Shown here: positions 17,521 through 27,094 of the stretch, piece after piece | How the letters are laid out: each line of letters starts with the position of its first letter | Position numbering within the stretch: position 1 is the stretch's first letter | Assembly: GCA_028711065.1 (NCBI GenBank) | Contig: JAQTSY010000002.1 | Location: 73,779 to 137,778 of the forward strand | Reading direction: 5' to 3' | Length of the DNA: 64,000 nucleotides | From: Minisyncoccota bacterium | Lineage (GTDB): Bacteria > Patescibacteriota > Minisyncoccia > Phycocordibacterales > JAQTLZ01 | The notes under the pieces: model-generated | What the model saw: the letters and a program-made list of their open reading frames with translations, nothing else | Databases searched by the model: none | Told to the model about the DNA's origin: nothing | Program-made: the position numbers and the translations under genes

Positions 17521-20283
17521 ATGGAATTAGGTTCTCACCAAACATTTGAAAATCCGCAGGAGGAAATAAAATTCCTTCGGCAAGAGATTGCCAAAAAAGA
17601 AGAGGAGGTCCTGGAGCGCGGTGAGAAGCCGAATCACGAGAAAATCGCTCACGAAAAAATAGATGAGCTTCAGAACGCTGTCGTCAATCATCCTGGAATT
17701 CCAGCGAAACTTGTTCAGAAGGAGGTAGAAGCCATCGTTTTGAACCTCTCTCCAGAAACCCACGATGACAAGATGGCGGAACTTCTCGGTATCCTCCAAG
17801 AGCAAGGGATATTTCATGCACTTAAAGTGCTTGATGGAATTCATAATCCTCATCTGGAAGATGATTTTCATCGTCTGCTCGTCCAGTATTTAAGACAAGG
17901 TTTTCCTGCAAAAGGACTTAAAAATAAAAGTCCGCTTGAAAAATCTTTAAAAACCACTCTCTACGAAGTTTCGCTTCCTGAAGAGGAGGAAGAGGAGGGG
18001 AAGAATCCGAAAGAACTCAAAAATCTCATTTCAAAAATGGAGCAATTTTACGCCGGGATGCTTTCCATATCTGCGCAAGATTTTTCCGATGAGAATTGTT
18101 TCTCAATTGAAATTGCAAATGCCAGCGGTTCCCCAGAAACGATTTTTTATGTTTCAGTTCCGACCAGCAAATCTTCTCTTTTTGAAAAGCAGATGCTTTC
18201 CGTTTTTCCGGAAGCGAAGATAAAAGAGGTGAGCGATGATTTCAATATTTTTAATGAAACTGGTGTTTCGCTCGGTTCATATGCCACATCAGCAAGTAAG
18301 CCGATCTTTCCTCTGAAAACCTACGAAGAATTTGATTACGATCCTCTGAATGTTGTTCTCAATGCTTTCTCAAAGATAAAGCGAGATGGGGAAGGCGCGG
18401 CGCTCCAGCTTATTTTCAAACCCGCAGGACACGGCTATGCACAGCGCTACAAAATGGCGCTGGAAGAGATTAATAACGGTGTGCCGGTAAAGCGCGCTAC
18501 TGCCCTTCCCGAGACAATTCTGGGACATGTCTATGATGTAGGGAAAGATATTTTCTATTCGGATAAAAAACGCAAACAGGACAAAGAAAAAGCTCGGGAC
18601 GATATTGCCATTGAGCAGATCAAGAAAAAACTCGAAAGTCCGATTGTTGAAATAAATATACGAGTTATGGCTTCCGGGGTGAATCATTCCGATGCACAAG
18701 GGATTCTTTCTGAAATTGAGTCTGCATTTAACCAATTCAATAATGCGCAAGGAAATCATCTGGTGTGGAAACATCTTGAAGGCTCAAAACTTTTTGAACT
18801 TGAAAAAGATTTTTCATTTCGAATTTTTTCTCACGACCTCAAAATTCCTCTCAATCTGAAAGAGTTGACGAGCATTCTGCATTTCCCTCAGAAAGTAGAT
18901 ACTGCTCCGGAACTTCGCCAAGCAAAAGCAGGAACTGCTCCGGCACCAGTTGGGCTTCCAGAGAAGGGTACACTTCTCGGTATCAACAAGAATCGAAATA
19001 CCGATACCAAGATTTTCATGACTCCTGAAGATCGCCTTCGCCATATGTATGTTATCGGACAGACTGGTACCGGAAAGACGACCCTTCTCAAAAACATGAT
19101 TGCTCAAGATATTCTCGCGGGTGAGGGCGTATGTTTTATTGATCCGCACGGTTCTGATATTCAAGACATTCTCTCTATTGTTCCGAAAGAGCGCTATGAA
19201 GATGTGATTTATTTTGATCCCGCAAGTATCGAGAGGCCGATGGCTTTGAACATGCTCGAATATGATAGAAATTATCCAGAGCAGAAAACATTTGTGGTCA
19301 ACGAGCTTTTCAGCATTTTCCAAAAACTCTACGGTGCAAATCCAGAAAGTATGGGGCCGATGTTCGAGCAGTATTTTCGAAATGCGACGATGCTTGTGAT
19401 TGAAGATCCGGAAAGCGGTTCGACGCTTCTTGAAGTATCGCGGGTGATGGCGAATAAAGCATTTCGAGATCTCAAAATTTCAAGATGCAAAAATCCTGTG
19501 GTAGTACAGTTCTGGAAAGAAGTGGCGGAGAAAGCTGGTGGGGAAGCATCGCTCGCAAACATTGTACCTTACATCACGAGCAAATTTGATGTCTTTCTCG
19601 CGAACGAAATTATGCGTCCAATTATCGCGCAGGAAAAATCGTCTTTCAATTTCCGCGATGTGATGGATAACAAGAAAATCCTTCTGGTAAATCTCTCGAA
19701 AGGACGCTTGGGAGACATCAACGCTAACCTCATTGGCCTCATTCTCGTCGGCAAAATCCTTATGGCGGCTCTGTCTCGTGTAGATTCATTTGGAAAAGAT
19801 TTGCCGAACTTCTACCTCTATATTGATGAATTCCAAAATGTAACGACGAATTCCATTGCCCAAATTCTTTCAGAAGCTCGAAAATACAAGCTCTCACTCT
19901 CTGTGGCTCACCAATTCATCGCCCAGCTTGAAGAAGATATTAAAGACGCAGTATTTGGAAACGTTGGCTCCATCGCGACATTCCGAGTGGGGGCGGAAGA
20001 CGCTGAATATTTGGCAAAACAATTTGAACCGGTCTTTACCCAAAAAGATATTATGAATTTGGACAATCGAAATGCATATTTGAAACTGCTCTCCGGCGGA
20101 AAACCGCTCAAACCATTTAATATCGAAACCCTCGCTCCTCCAAAAGGAAATCTCGACATCGTCGGGAAACTCAAAGAACTCTCGTATCTCAAATTCGGCC
20201 GTCCAAGAGAGGAGGTAGAAGAAGAAGTGATGAAAAAATACGCCAAGGCCCCCGTTCCTGCTCCAGCACCAGTAGGCTTGTAA
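17521..20283 (+). CDS. 920-aa protein: ~450-aa N-terminal region of unknown function plus a C-terminal VirD4/TraD/TraG-like (DUF87/HerA-FtsK superfamily) P-loop ATPase
   Basis: Walker A GQTGTGKTT followed by FIDPHGSD. Walker B-like LYIDEFQN. An LVNLSKGRLG motif typical of type IV coupling-protein-like ATPases. No N-terminal TM was detected. Confidence 0.7.
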   Translation: MELGSHQTFENPQEEIKFLRQEIAKKEEEVLERGEKPNHEKIAHEKIDELQNAVVNHPGIPAKLVQKEVEAIVLNLSPETHDDKMAELLGILQEQGIFHALKVLDGIHNPHLEDDFHRLLVQYLRQGFPAKGLKNKSPLEKSLKTTLYEVSLPEEEEEEGKNPKELKNLISKMEQFYAGMLSISAQDFSDENCFSIEIANASGSPETIFYVSVPTSKSSLFEKQMLSVFPEAKIKEVSDDFNIFNETGVSLGSYATSASKPIFPLKTYEEFDYDPLNVVLNAFSKIKRDGEGAALQLIFKPAGHGYAQRYKMALEEINNGVPVKRATALPETILGHVYDVGKDIFYSDKKRKQDKEKARDDIAIEQIKKKLESPIVEINIRVMASGVNHSDAQGILSEIESAFNQFNNAQGNHLVWKHLEGSKLFELEKDFSFRIFSHDLKIPLNLKELTSILHFPQKVDTAPELRQAKAGTAPAPVGLPEKGTLLGINKNRNTDTKIFMTPEDRLRHMYVIGQTGTGKTTLLKNMIAQDILAGEGVCFIDPHGSDIQDILSIVPKERYEDVIYFDPASIERPMALNMLEYDRNYPEQKTFVVNELFSIFQKLYGANPESMGPMFEQYFRNATMLVIEDPESGSTLLEVSRVMANKAFRDLKISRCKNPVVVQFWKEVAEKAGGEASLANIVPYITSKFDVFLANEIMRPIIAQEKSSFNFRDVMDNKKILLVNLSKGRLGDINANLIGLILVGKILMAALSRVDSFGKDLPNFYLYIDEFQNVTTNSIAQILSEARKYKLSLSVAHQFIAQLEEDIKDAVFGNVGSIATFRVGAEDAEYLAKQFEPVFTQKDIMNLDNRNAYLKLLSGGKPLKPFNIETLAPPKGNLDIVGKLKELSYLKFGRPREEVEEEVMKKYAKAPVPAPAPVGL

Positions 20284-20340
20284 CTTTCCTCAAGAGACGC
20301 TACAATTCCGCAACGTAATCATTAGTAATTTTATATTTCT

Positions 20341-20931
20341 ATGCCACACCACAAAGAAGAGAGAACACTTGTTATTATTAAGCCAGATGGACTCCAGAGA
20401 ACACTCATTGGGGAAATTATTGGGCGCTACGAGAGAATTGGTCTTAAGCTTGTCGCGATGAAAATGGTGAAAGCTTCAAGCGAGCACATCGACCAGCATT
20501 ATAATCTCGACCCAATGTGGAGGAAGAATGTAGGAGAGAAATCGATCAAAGGATACATGGAGAAAGGTCTCACTCCTCCTTCAAATGATCCACTGGTGAT
20601 CGCACAGCAGGTTGTTGATGCTTTAAAAAAATATATGAGCGCTGGCCCAGTTATTGCAATGGTGTGGCAGGGGGGGAATGCGGTAAAGATCGTCCGAAAA
20701 GTAACTGGAGGGACAGAACCACTTACATCTGACGTCGGGACCATCCGAGGAGATTTCGTGCTTGATTCATACGCAATGGCAGATAAGGATAGCCGAGCTA
20801 TTCGAAATCTGATTCACGCATCTGGCTCGGTCAAAGAAGCAGAAGATGAAATTAAGCACTGGTTTAAAAAAGAGGAACTTTACGATTATGAACTTATTCA
20901 GGAGGCAATCCTGTACGGAGTAAATTTGTAG
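20341..20931 (+). CDS. ndk: nucleoside diphosphate kinase
   Basis: LVIIKPDG...NLIHASGS active-site His motif. Confidence 0.9.
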   Translation: MPHHKEERTLVIIKPDGLQRTLIGEIIGRYERIGLKLVAMKMVKASSEHIDQHYNLDPMWRKNVGEKSIKGYMEKGLTPPSNDPLVIAQQVVDALKKYMSAGPVIAMVWQGGNAVKIVRKVTGGTEPLTSDVGTIRGDFVLDSYAMADKDSRAIRNLIHASGSVKEAEDEIKHWFKKEELYDYELIQEAILYGVNL

Positions 20932-20934
20932 CTC

Positions 20935-21099
20935 AAAGTGTGAATAACCTTTTATTAAAACAGAATAGCCGTCCCAGCGGGACGGCTTTCTTCATGCTCG
21001 GGCAAATTTCGTCAATGAGCCCGCCTCTTGCAGGGCGGGACGTTGACGAACCATGCAATTTGCCCTGCGCAATGTTTAATAAAAGGTTATTCACACTTT
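20935..21099. repeat. 165-bp complex palindrome between convergent ndk and yibE/F-like genes: perfect 25-bp AT-rich outer arms enclosing nested GC hairpins
   Basis: AAAGTGTGAATAACCTTTTATTAAA at 20935-20959 is the reverse complement of 21075-21099. Inner hairpins include GCCGTCCCAGCGGGACGGC and CCCGCCTCTTGCAGGGCGGG. Confidence 0.75.
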
Positions 21100-21113
21100 T
21101 CGCTCAACATGCT

Positions 21114-22271
21114 TTAGTGATGATGTACTTTCTTTTCAGCCGCTTTTTCTTCCAGCGCTAAGAGAGCGGAGTCTTTTGTCGGTGTCTCTTTTACTAGCAT
21201 CCATGTGGATATGAGCGTGGTGATCGGCACCGCAAGTACAAGTCCGATGCTTCCGATGATCGCGCGAATAATTTCGGTAGAAAAAATCTCTTTATTGATC
21301 GTCTGGGTATAATCGCCAGTCCCGAATGAATAGAAAAGAAGGAGAAGGGGAAGGGATGCTCCGACATATGCTATTGCCAGCGTATTTACCAGAGCGCCGA
21401 TATGTTCTCGTCCGATTCGTATCGCTCGTTTGTAGATGGTCGATTTGGGAAGGTGTGGTCCCACTTCATGAAGTTCTTCAACTGCTATCGCTTGTCCGAT
21501 CGCCGCATCATAGAGCACTCCGAGAAGACCAATGAGAATTCCTCCGAGAAGAAGTCCTGCGAGGTCAATTTGTCCTCTTGAGTTTTGATTGAGGTAAACT
21601 GATTCATCAGTGGTAAATCCGGAAAGTCTTGCATATTTAATCGCGAGAAATGCTAAAATTCCCGTCACTATGATCGTGATAATCATTCCTATTACTGCAG
21701 AGCTCGTCGTCTTATTGAATCCGTGAGTGATGTACGAGCCTAAGATAATGATGAGTGAAGAAACTCCGATACTGACTAAAACCGGCGAGTAGCCGTGAAG
21801 AATTCCAGGAAGAAGCAAAAACCCGATAAAGAAAAAACTCAAAGCTAAAGCTATGATCCCGCGCACGCCTTGTTTTCCGCCGAAGAGGACGACGCAAACC
21901 ACAAAAAGTCCTATGAAAAAATATAAAGCGGGAATGCGATACGGTTCTGAAACCGAGTAGACGTCAATGTTATTGTATTTATCTATCGTGTGTATGAGAT
22001 AAAACACATCTCCTTTTTGCAGATTGAGATAATCATTTTCCACAGTCACTTCAGCGCCTTTCTCATTGCCGTCAAGAATTTTGACTTTGAGGGTTTGATA
22101 ATCGCTTAAAGTATCTGTGCCGGGGATGTCTTTTCTTTCTTGTGAAAGAATTTCTAAGACTTGCGCTTTCGCTGTTGTCCTACTTTCAGGAACCAGGTCT
22201 GCCGCTTTTACACCTTGTATCCCTCCAAGGAATGCGAGAGCTACTAGAATAAAAGAAAAAAAGTATTTCAT
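21114..22271 (-). CDS. YibE/F-family integral membrane protein (signal peptide, periplasmic domain, then multi-TM)
   Basis: 385 aa with topology and sequence typical of the YibE/F family. Confidence 0.7.
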   Translation of the reverse strand: MKYFFSFILVALAFLGGIQGVKAADLVPESRTTAKAQVLEILSQERKDIPGTDTLSDYQTLKVKILDGNEKGAEVTVENDYLNLQKGDVFYLIHTIDKYNNIDVYSVSEPYRIPALYFFIGLFVVCVVLFGGKQGVRGIIALALSFFFIGFLLLPGILHGYSPVLVSIGVSSLIIILGSYITHGFNKTTSSAVIGMIITIIVTGILAFLAIKYARLSGFTTDESVYLNQNSRGQIDLAGLLLGGILIGLLGVLYDAAIGQAIAVEELHEVGPHLPKSTIYKRAIRIGREHIGALVNTLAIAYVGASLPLLLLFYSFGTGDYTQTINKEIFSTEIIRAIIGSIGLVLAVPITTLISTWMLVKETPTKDSALLALEEKAAEKKVHHH

Positions 22272-22301
22272 ATCGCTATTCTATCGCACTTCTTCCACTC
22301 C

Positions 22302-23030
22302 TTAAATACTTGCGAAATGGATAGCGATAAAGAGGACTAGAACGCCGAGAAGCGTCATTCCCGTTGTCAAAAACTTTGGATGCGCATGATGGCTCTCTGG
22401 TATAAGATCGCTTGCGCCGATATAGAGAAAAAATCCTGCAAAGAGTGCGAGCACTATGCTCAAAGCCTGTTCGGGAAGAGTAAAAAAGAGGGTAGAGGTT
22501 GCCCCAAGAACCGGAGCGACCGCATCGAGGAGGAGCCATTGAAAAGCATTTTTCTTTTCTCCGCTGTTCTTTAAAATGAGGCTCACTGTGTTTATGCCAT
22601 CAGAAAAATCGTGGACAAGGACTGCTATTGTTACCACAGCACCGATAGCGACAGAGACTTGGAATGCGAGACCGATCGCTACACCGTCGAGAAAGCTGTG
22701 AATGGAAAGACTGCCGGCTCCGAGAATGCCTCGATGTGTCGTTTTGTGTTCATGTTCTTCGTGATCGTCTTTATGAGTATGAAGGAATATTGTTCTATCG
22801 AGTACCAAATAAATGATAAATCCGAGTGCGACGCAAGAAGTGATTGTGGAGAGAGAGTGAAATTTTTCGCCAAGCTCAATTGCTTCAGGCATAAGATCAA
22901 AGAAAGCGACGCCGATGACAGCTCCGGCGCTGAATCCAAGTACAAGATGGAGCTTGTCTTTAAAGCGGATAGCGAATAAGCCTCCGATAAGAGTGGCGAT
23001 AAAAGCTGCGAAACTAATGAGTATGATCAT
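22302..23030 (-). CDS. zupT: ZIP-family divalent metal (zinc) transporter
   Basis: His-rich loop (HKDDHEEHEHKTTH) and conserved HSxxDGxAxG motif. It lies downstream of the Fur-family regulator. Confidence 0.8.
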   Translation of the reverse strand: MIILISFAAFIATLIGGLFAIRFKDKLHLVLGFSAGAVIGVAFFDLMPEAIELGEKFHSLSTITSCVALGFIIYLVLDRTIFLHTHKDDHEEHEHKTTHRGILGAGSLSIHSFLDGVAIGLAFQVSVAIGAVVTIAVLVHDFSDGINTVSLILKNSGEKKNAFQWLLLDAVAPVLGATSTLFFTLPEQALSIVLALFAGFFLYIGASDLIPESHHAHPKFLTTGMTLLGVLVLFIAIHFASI

Positions 23031-23041
23031 TTTGTTATTGA

Positions 23042-23476
23042 TTATTTATTAACGCACTGATTACAAATTCCAAAAAACTCAAGCGAATGGTTCATGATGG
23101 AAGAAAAATTTCTCGTCTGTCCTAAAACGCTTTTTTCGACTCCTTCAAATTCACATACGTCTACATCCTCCACTTTTTCGCATTTCTTGCAGATGATATG
23201 GTGATGATGTTTTCTTCCGGCCACAATCTCGTAATGTGCATGGGAATGTTCAAAATCGACTCTCCGGACGATTCCCACATCGGCGAAATCTTCAAGCGCT
23301 CTGTAGAGAGTAACTGTATCGATTTTTCCCCCCGCTTTCTTTTTGATCGCTTCGACAGTGAGGGGTTTTCTTTCTTTGGAAAGCAACTTCAAGAGAGAAA
23401 CCCGGCCAGGGGTAGCTTTCAGTCCGGTATTTCGAAGCAGGGCGGGGAAGTTGATTTTATGCGCCTTTTCTTTCAT
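23042..23476 (-). CDS. zur: Fur-family metalloregulator (probably Zur)
   Basis: Winged-helix N-terminus, HHHxxC...C metal sites. It is paired with the ZIP transporter. Confidence 0.8.
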   Translation of the reverse strand: MKEKAHKINFPALLRNTGLKATPGRVSLLKLLSKERKPLTVEAIKKKAGGKIDTVTLYRALEDFADVGIVRRVDFEHSHAHYEIVAGRKHHHHIICKKCEKVEDVDVCEFEGVEKSVLGQTRNFSSIMNHSLEFFGICNQCVNK

Positions 23477-23496
23477 TCGTAGAGTATATTACAAAC

Positions 23497-23509
23497 GCAA
23501 ATAATTTGC
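23497..23509. promoter_or_regulatory. candidate Fur/Zur box: perfect 6-1-6 palindrome GCAAATAATTTGC upstream of zur
   Basis: AT-rich palindrome ~20 nt upstream of the zur start codon. Confidence 0.4.
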
Positions 23510-23889
23510 AATTAGTGAATAGGTTGACTAAGTGGCGAAAAATTATGCTAATTTTTCAGCGCTTGACTCTCGTTTTTTCGAGCGTATTATAAAAATATGA
23601 ACGACACAGGATTTAAAGGACTTGTCCTCGGCCTTCTCCTCCTTACAAAGGGTGGAGGCTTTCTTCGTGTCTAACTTCTCGAACTAACTAAGATAGATAC
23701 AAAGAAGCCCTCCACCCGAGGGCTGATTTTTGTCACGCAAAAATCATGTCGAAAGATTTTTAGCTAGTGCGTAAAAATTTTCGACATAAATTTAATAGTT
23801 CTTTTGTGTTTAGTTCTTTCACATTGTCATTGTGCAGTTTGAGATTTTGGGGGATTTGCGGCCTACGGGTCCAGAAAGGGGAAAAGATC

Positions 23890-24180
23890 ATGGCGTGGAA
23901 ACTTGTAACGTTCTCGACCGATCTCAAGGATAAACCCGGCTTCACTTCTACCGGTATTCTCGTCACTGTCACTGTGCAGAAAGGCAAGAGGGAGCTAGTC
24001 AAGGGAGCTGGCGCAGATCCTGATCCATTCCGTGCGGGCTGGCTAGCGGTTGAGAATGCTACCGGTGTCACTCCAAATGGACATGTCCCGACGGCAGGAC
24101 TGGAAGAGTATCTTGCGGTCTGCGTGAAGGAAGTGAATGGCATCGAGCGCACGAGGCAGAAAAGGAGGGAGAGGAAGTGA
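23890..24180 (+). CDS. hypothetical protein
   Basis: ORF with an AAAGGGG RBS-like sequence upstream. The terminator hairpin CCAGCGCGTCAGCGCTGG plus a T-tract at 24199-24224 follows. Confidence 0.4.
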   Translation: MAWKLVTFSTDLKDKPGFTSTGILVTVTVQKGKRELVKGAGADPDPFRAGWLAVENATGVTPNGHVPTAGLEEYLAVCVKEVNGIERTRQKRRERK

Positions 24181-24488
24181 TGAAACCATGAAGTCATACC
24201 AGCGCGTCAGCGCTGGTTTTTTGTTTGCCCGTATTCTTTTTTCTTTCTTTGTGTGTTCTCTTGTTGTTTTGAATTTGCATTTTATATAAGAAGAATATAA
24301 TGAGGGTAGGGTTATTTGAGGTATTTTCTAGATTAAATTTATATTCAGGGAGCCATTTCTTTGTGTACGCTTTGGCGCACACTCGGCGGCACCCACCTAG
24401 TTCACACTAGGGGAATACCCGAATAATCCTATAAAGAACACCGCGTTTACGGCGTTTTTTGTTGCCTTTTTTCTGATACAATGAGAGG

Positions 24489-24893
24489 ATGAAAAGAAAT
24501 TCACTGCTCTATACTTCCCTCGGTCTTTTTTTGCTTACGGCGCTTCTTCATATTTTCGCCATCGCTTTCTCTGTCTACTGGACTCTTGTCTGGTTTGATT
24601 CTGTTGTCCACGGATTCGGAGGAATGGCTCTTGGTTTTTTCGCACTCTGGCTCGGTACTCCCTCGAGAGAAACGTATGTCTCTCCATTTTCTTTCCAAAT
24701 GTTTTTTCTTGTTCTCGGCGGGACCCTCTGCGTCGGACTTCTTTGGGAATTTTTTGAATACAGTGCTGGTATTACCTCTCTCTTGTCTCGAAATTACGTA
24801 CCCGATACGCTCGGAGATTTAGCGATGGATGTTGTAGGAGGCCTGGCAGCCCTTGTGTACACAAGCATTACTCGCAAAGCAATTTTCTCATGA
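24489..24893 (+). CDS. hypothetical integral membrane protein (4 TM)
   Basis: Hydrophobic ORF overlapping the downstream gene by 4 nt. Confidence 0.5.
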   Translation: MKRNSLLYTSLGLFLLTALLHIFAIAFSVYWTLVWFDSVVHGFGGMALGFFALWLGTPSRETYVSPFSFQMFFLVLGGTLCVGLLWEFFEYSAGITSLLSRNYVPDTLGDLAMDVVGGLAALVYTSITRKAIFS

Positions 24894-26281
24894 CGAGCGG
24901 AAATCATTCGAAACTTACATTTTGGGGAGGAACAGGGCTTGTGACTGGAGCGAATTTTCTTCTCGAGATCGAGAACACAAATGCGAAACCTCTTCGTATT
25001 CTTGTTGATTGCGGATTCGTGCAGGGAGGAAGCGATTCACACGAACTGAACGCAAAGAATTTTTCTTACGATCCGCGCTCTATCGATATTCTTTTTATAA
25101 CTCACGCCCATCTTGATCATGTAGGGAAAATTCCGAAATTGGTGAAAGATGGTTTCAAGGGAGTTATTTATTCTACTTCCATGACTCGCGAGCTTGCGCA
25201 GGTGATTCTCGAAGATGCTGCGAAGCTCCTTATGCGGGAAGCGGGGAATAATCCGAAAAACGTTATTTACAATGAAGAGGATATTCTCTCGGCGATGCGC
25301 CTGTGGAAAGATATGCCATATCATACGAAAACGGAGATAGGCTCCGGCGTGAGCGTATATTTGAAAGATGCTGGGCATATTCTTGGTTCTACTATGTACG
25401 AATTCTCTCGAAATGGACGAAATATTGTCTTTACGGGAGATTTGGGTAACTCGCCTGATCTTTTGCTTCCGGATACTGAAAAGATTACCGATGCGAATTA
25501 TCTTGTCATGGAAAGCGTCTATGGCGACCGCAATCATGAATCAAAAGAAGATAGAAGAGCGAAATTTATCAGAATTGTGAAAGAGAATATCGCTCGGAAA
25601 GGCGTTCTTGTAATTCCAGCTTTTTCTCTCGAAAGAACACAAATTGTGCTCTATGAACTCGATGAAATGATCGAGAGGAAAGATATTCCTGCTGTGCCGG
25701 TATATCTTGATTCTCCGATGGCAATTCGGGTTACGGAGATCTACCGAAGAGCGATGCCGGAAGGTTTTAATGAGGGAGTGAAAAAAGATTTTGCTTCCGG
25801 TGATGATATTTTTAAGTTTCCGGATTTAAGGTTTACATTGACCACTGATGAATCGAAAGCGATTTTGCATGCGCCGAATCCAAAAATTATTATCGCTGGC
25901 TCGGGAATGAGTAATGGCGGACGGGTGATTCATCACGAAAAGAATTATCTTCCTGATCCCAACAATACTCTCCTTATGATGGGATATGAAGCTGTGGGGA
26001 CGCTCGGAAGGGAACTCATGGACGGAGCAAAGAATGTAAATATCATGGGAGAAAATGTTGAGGTGAGAGCACGAGTGGAAAATATTCAGGGATATTCGGG
26101 GCATAAAGATTCTGATCACTTGATCGCATTTGTTGAGGATACTCACGAAACAGTCGAGAAAGTATTCTGTGTTATGGGCGAGCCGAAATCATCGCTTTTC
26201 CTTGTGCAAAGGCTTCGGGATTATGTTGGGGTGAATGCTATGATGCCCAAACTCGGGGATAGTTTTGATCTTAATTTTTAG
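24890..26281 (+). CDS. beta-CASP family metallo-beta-lactamase-fold ribonuclease (RNase J/CPSF-like)
   Basis: HxHxDH motif (THAHLDHVG), D..H of motifs 3-4, and beta-CASP motifs A-C. Confidence 0.8.
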   Translation: MTSGNHSKLTFWGGTGLVTGANFLLEIENTNAKPLRILVDCGFVQGGSDSHELNAKNFSYDPRSIDILFITHAHLDHVGKIPKLVKDGFKGVIYSTSMTRELAQVILEDAAKLLMREAGNNPKNVIYNEEDILSAMRLWKDMPYHTKTEIGSGVSVYLKDAGHILGSTMYEFSRNGRNIVFTGDLGNSPDLLLPDTEKITDANYLVMESVYGDRNHESKEDRRAKFIRIVKENIARKGVLVIPAFSLERTQIVLYELDEMIERKDIPAVPVYLDSPMAIRVTEIYRRAMPEGFNEGVKKDFASGDDIFKFPDLRFTLTTDESKAILHAPNPKIIIAGSGMSNGGRVIHHEKNYLPDPNNTLLMMGYEAVGTLGRELMDGAKNVNIMGENVEVRARVENIQGYSGHKDSDHLIAFVEDTHETVEKVFCVMGEPKSSLFLVQRLRDYVGVNAMMPKLGDSFDLNF

Positions 26282-26284
26282 AAG

Positions 26285-26322
26285 AAAAAACCGCCGGCCC
26301 TTCTGGGCCGGCGGTTTTTTGA
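26285..26322. terminator. bidirectional rho-independent terminator (AAAACCGCCGGCCC...GGGCCGGCGGTTTT)
   Basis: 12-bp GC stem flanked by A and T tracts, between convergent genes. Confidence 0.8.
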
Positions 26323-26329
26323 ATTTTAT

Positions 26330-26674
26330 TTAAATTGCTTTCGCAACAAGTTTCTTCATTGTTTCAGGATGAAACTCGATAAGGTCTGCCATAATCTTTC
26401 GGTCAACCATAATGTTTTTCTTTTTCAAAGCACCAATGAATTTGCTGTATGAAGAACCGTTTGCTTTGAGGTATGCGCCGATCTTTACGTTCCAGAGCAT
26501 TCGGTAATCATTCTTCTTATCTTTTCGGTGAGCGAATGAGTATTTTCCAGCGTGATAGAGAGCTTCATACGCTGCTCGCTCATTTTTTGAACGTCGAAAA
26601 CGATATCCTTTTACTTGTTTGAGGACATTTCGTCGTGTCTTCAGTGCATTTACTCCTTTCTTTACTCTGGTCAT
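26330..26674 (-). CDS. rplT: 50S ribosomal protein L20
   Basis: 114 aa matching L20. Confidence 0.93.
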   Translation of the reverse strand: MTRVKKGVNALKTRRNVLKQVKGYRFRRSKNERAAYEALYHAGKYSFAHRKDKKNDYRMLWNVKIGAYLKANGSSYSKFIGALKKKNIMVDRKIMADLIEFHPETMKKLVAKAI

Positions 26675-26686
26675 TTCAGTATCGAA

Positions 26687-26875
26687 TTATCCGATAATAA
26701 ATCTAGCCCTGTCTTTGTTGCTAATAGGGAATGGGAAATCAGCTCCTCGGCGCTTTGCCATTTGAGCTCGTCGTGATTCTTTCGCGTTAAAGTGGTTTTG
26801 GCCCGCTTTTCGAGCAGTAATTTTGCCGTTTTTGCTCACTTTTAAGCGCTTCATGTATGACTTGTTTGTCTTCAT
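26687..26875 (-). CDS. rpmI: 50S ribosomal protein L35
   Basis: 62 aa basic protein upstream of rplT. Confidence 0.85.
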   Translation of the reverse strand: MKTNKSYMKRLKVSKNGKITARKAGQNHFNAKESRRAQMAKRRGADFPFPISNKDRARFIIG

Positions 26876-26937
26876 GTATAGGGCAGTATCCTACAGGAAT
26901 AAGGCGAATTTGTCCACTTTTGAGCCATGAAACAGCA

Positions 26938-26967
26938 CTTGACTTTTTGGCTATATATGTGATATAA
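26938..26967 (+). promoter_or_regulatory. sigma70-like promoter TTGACT-N18-TATAAT upstream of the DGR target gene
   Basis: Consensus hexamers. Downstream is a 12-bp stem hairpin (TCGCCATAGCCA...TGGCTATGGCGA) at ~27040-27092. Confidence 0.5.
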
Positions 26968-27094
26968 TAGCGATAGTTTAGAACCTTAAAAAAGCAAAGG
27001 AAATCAAGTCGCCATAGCCACAAGTGCCCGCAAGCCGGACGTTTCTGGCTATGGCGAAAATGATCGCCCACTAGCAAATTCAAAAGGCGCAACA

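Noticed and set aside
20940-21161. 73-aa ORF
   Set aside because: It lies within the 165-bp composite palindrome between convergent genes.
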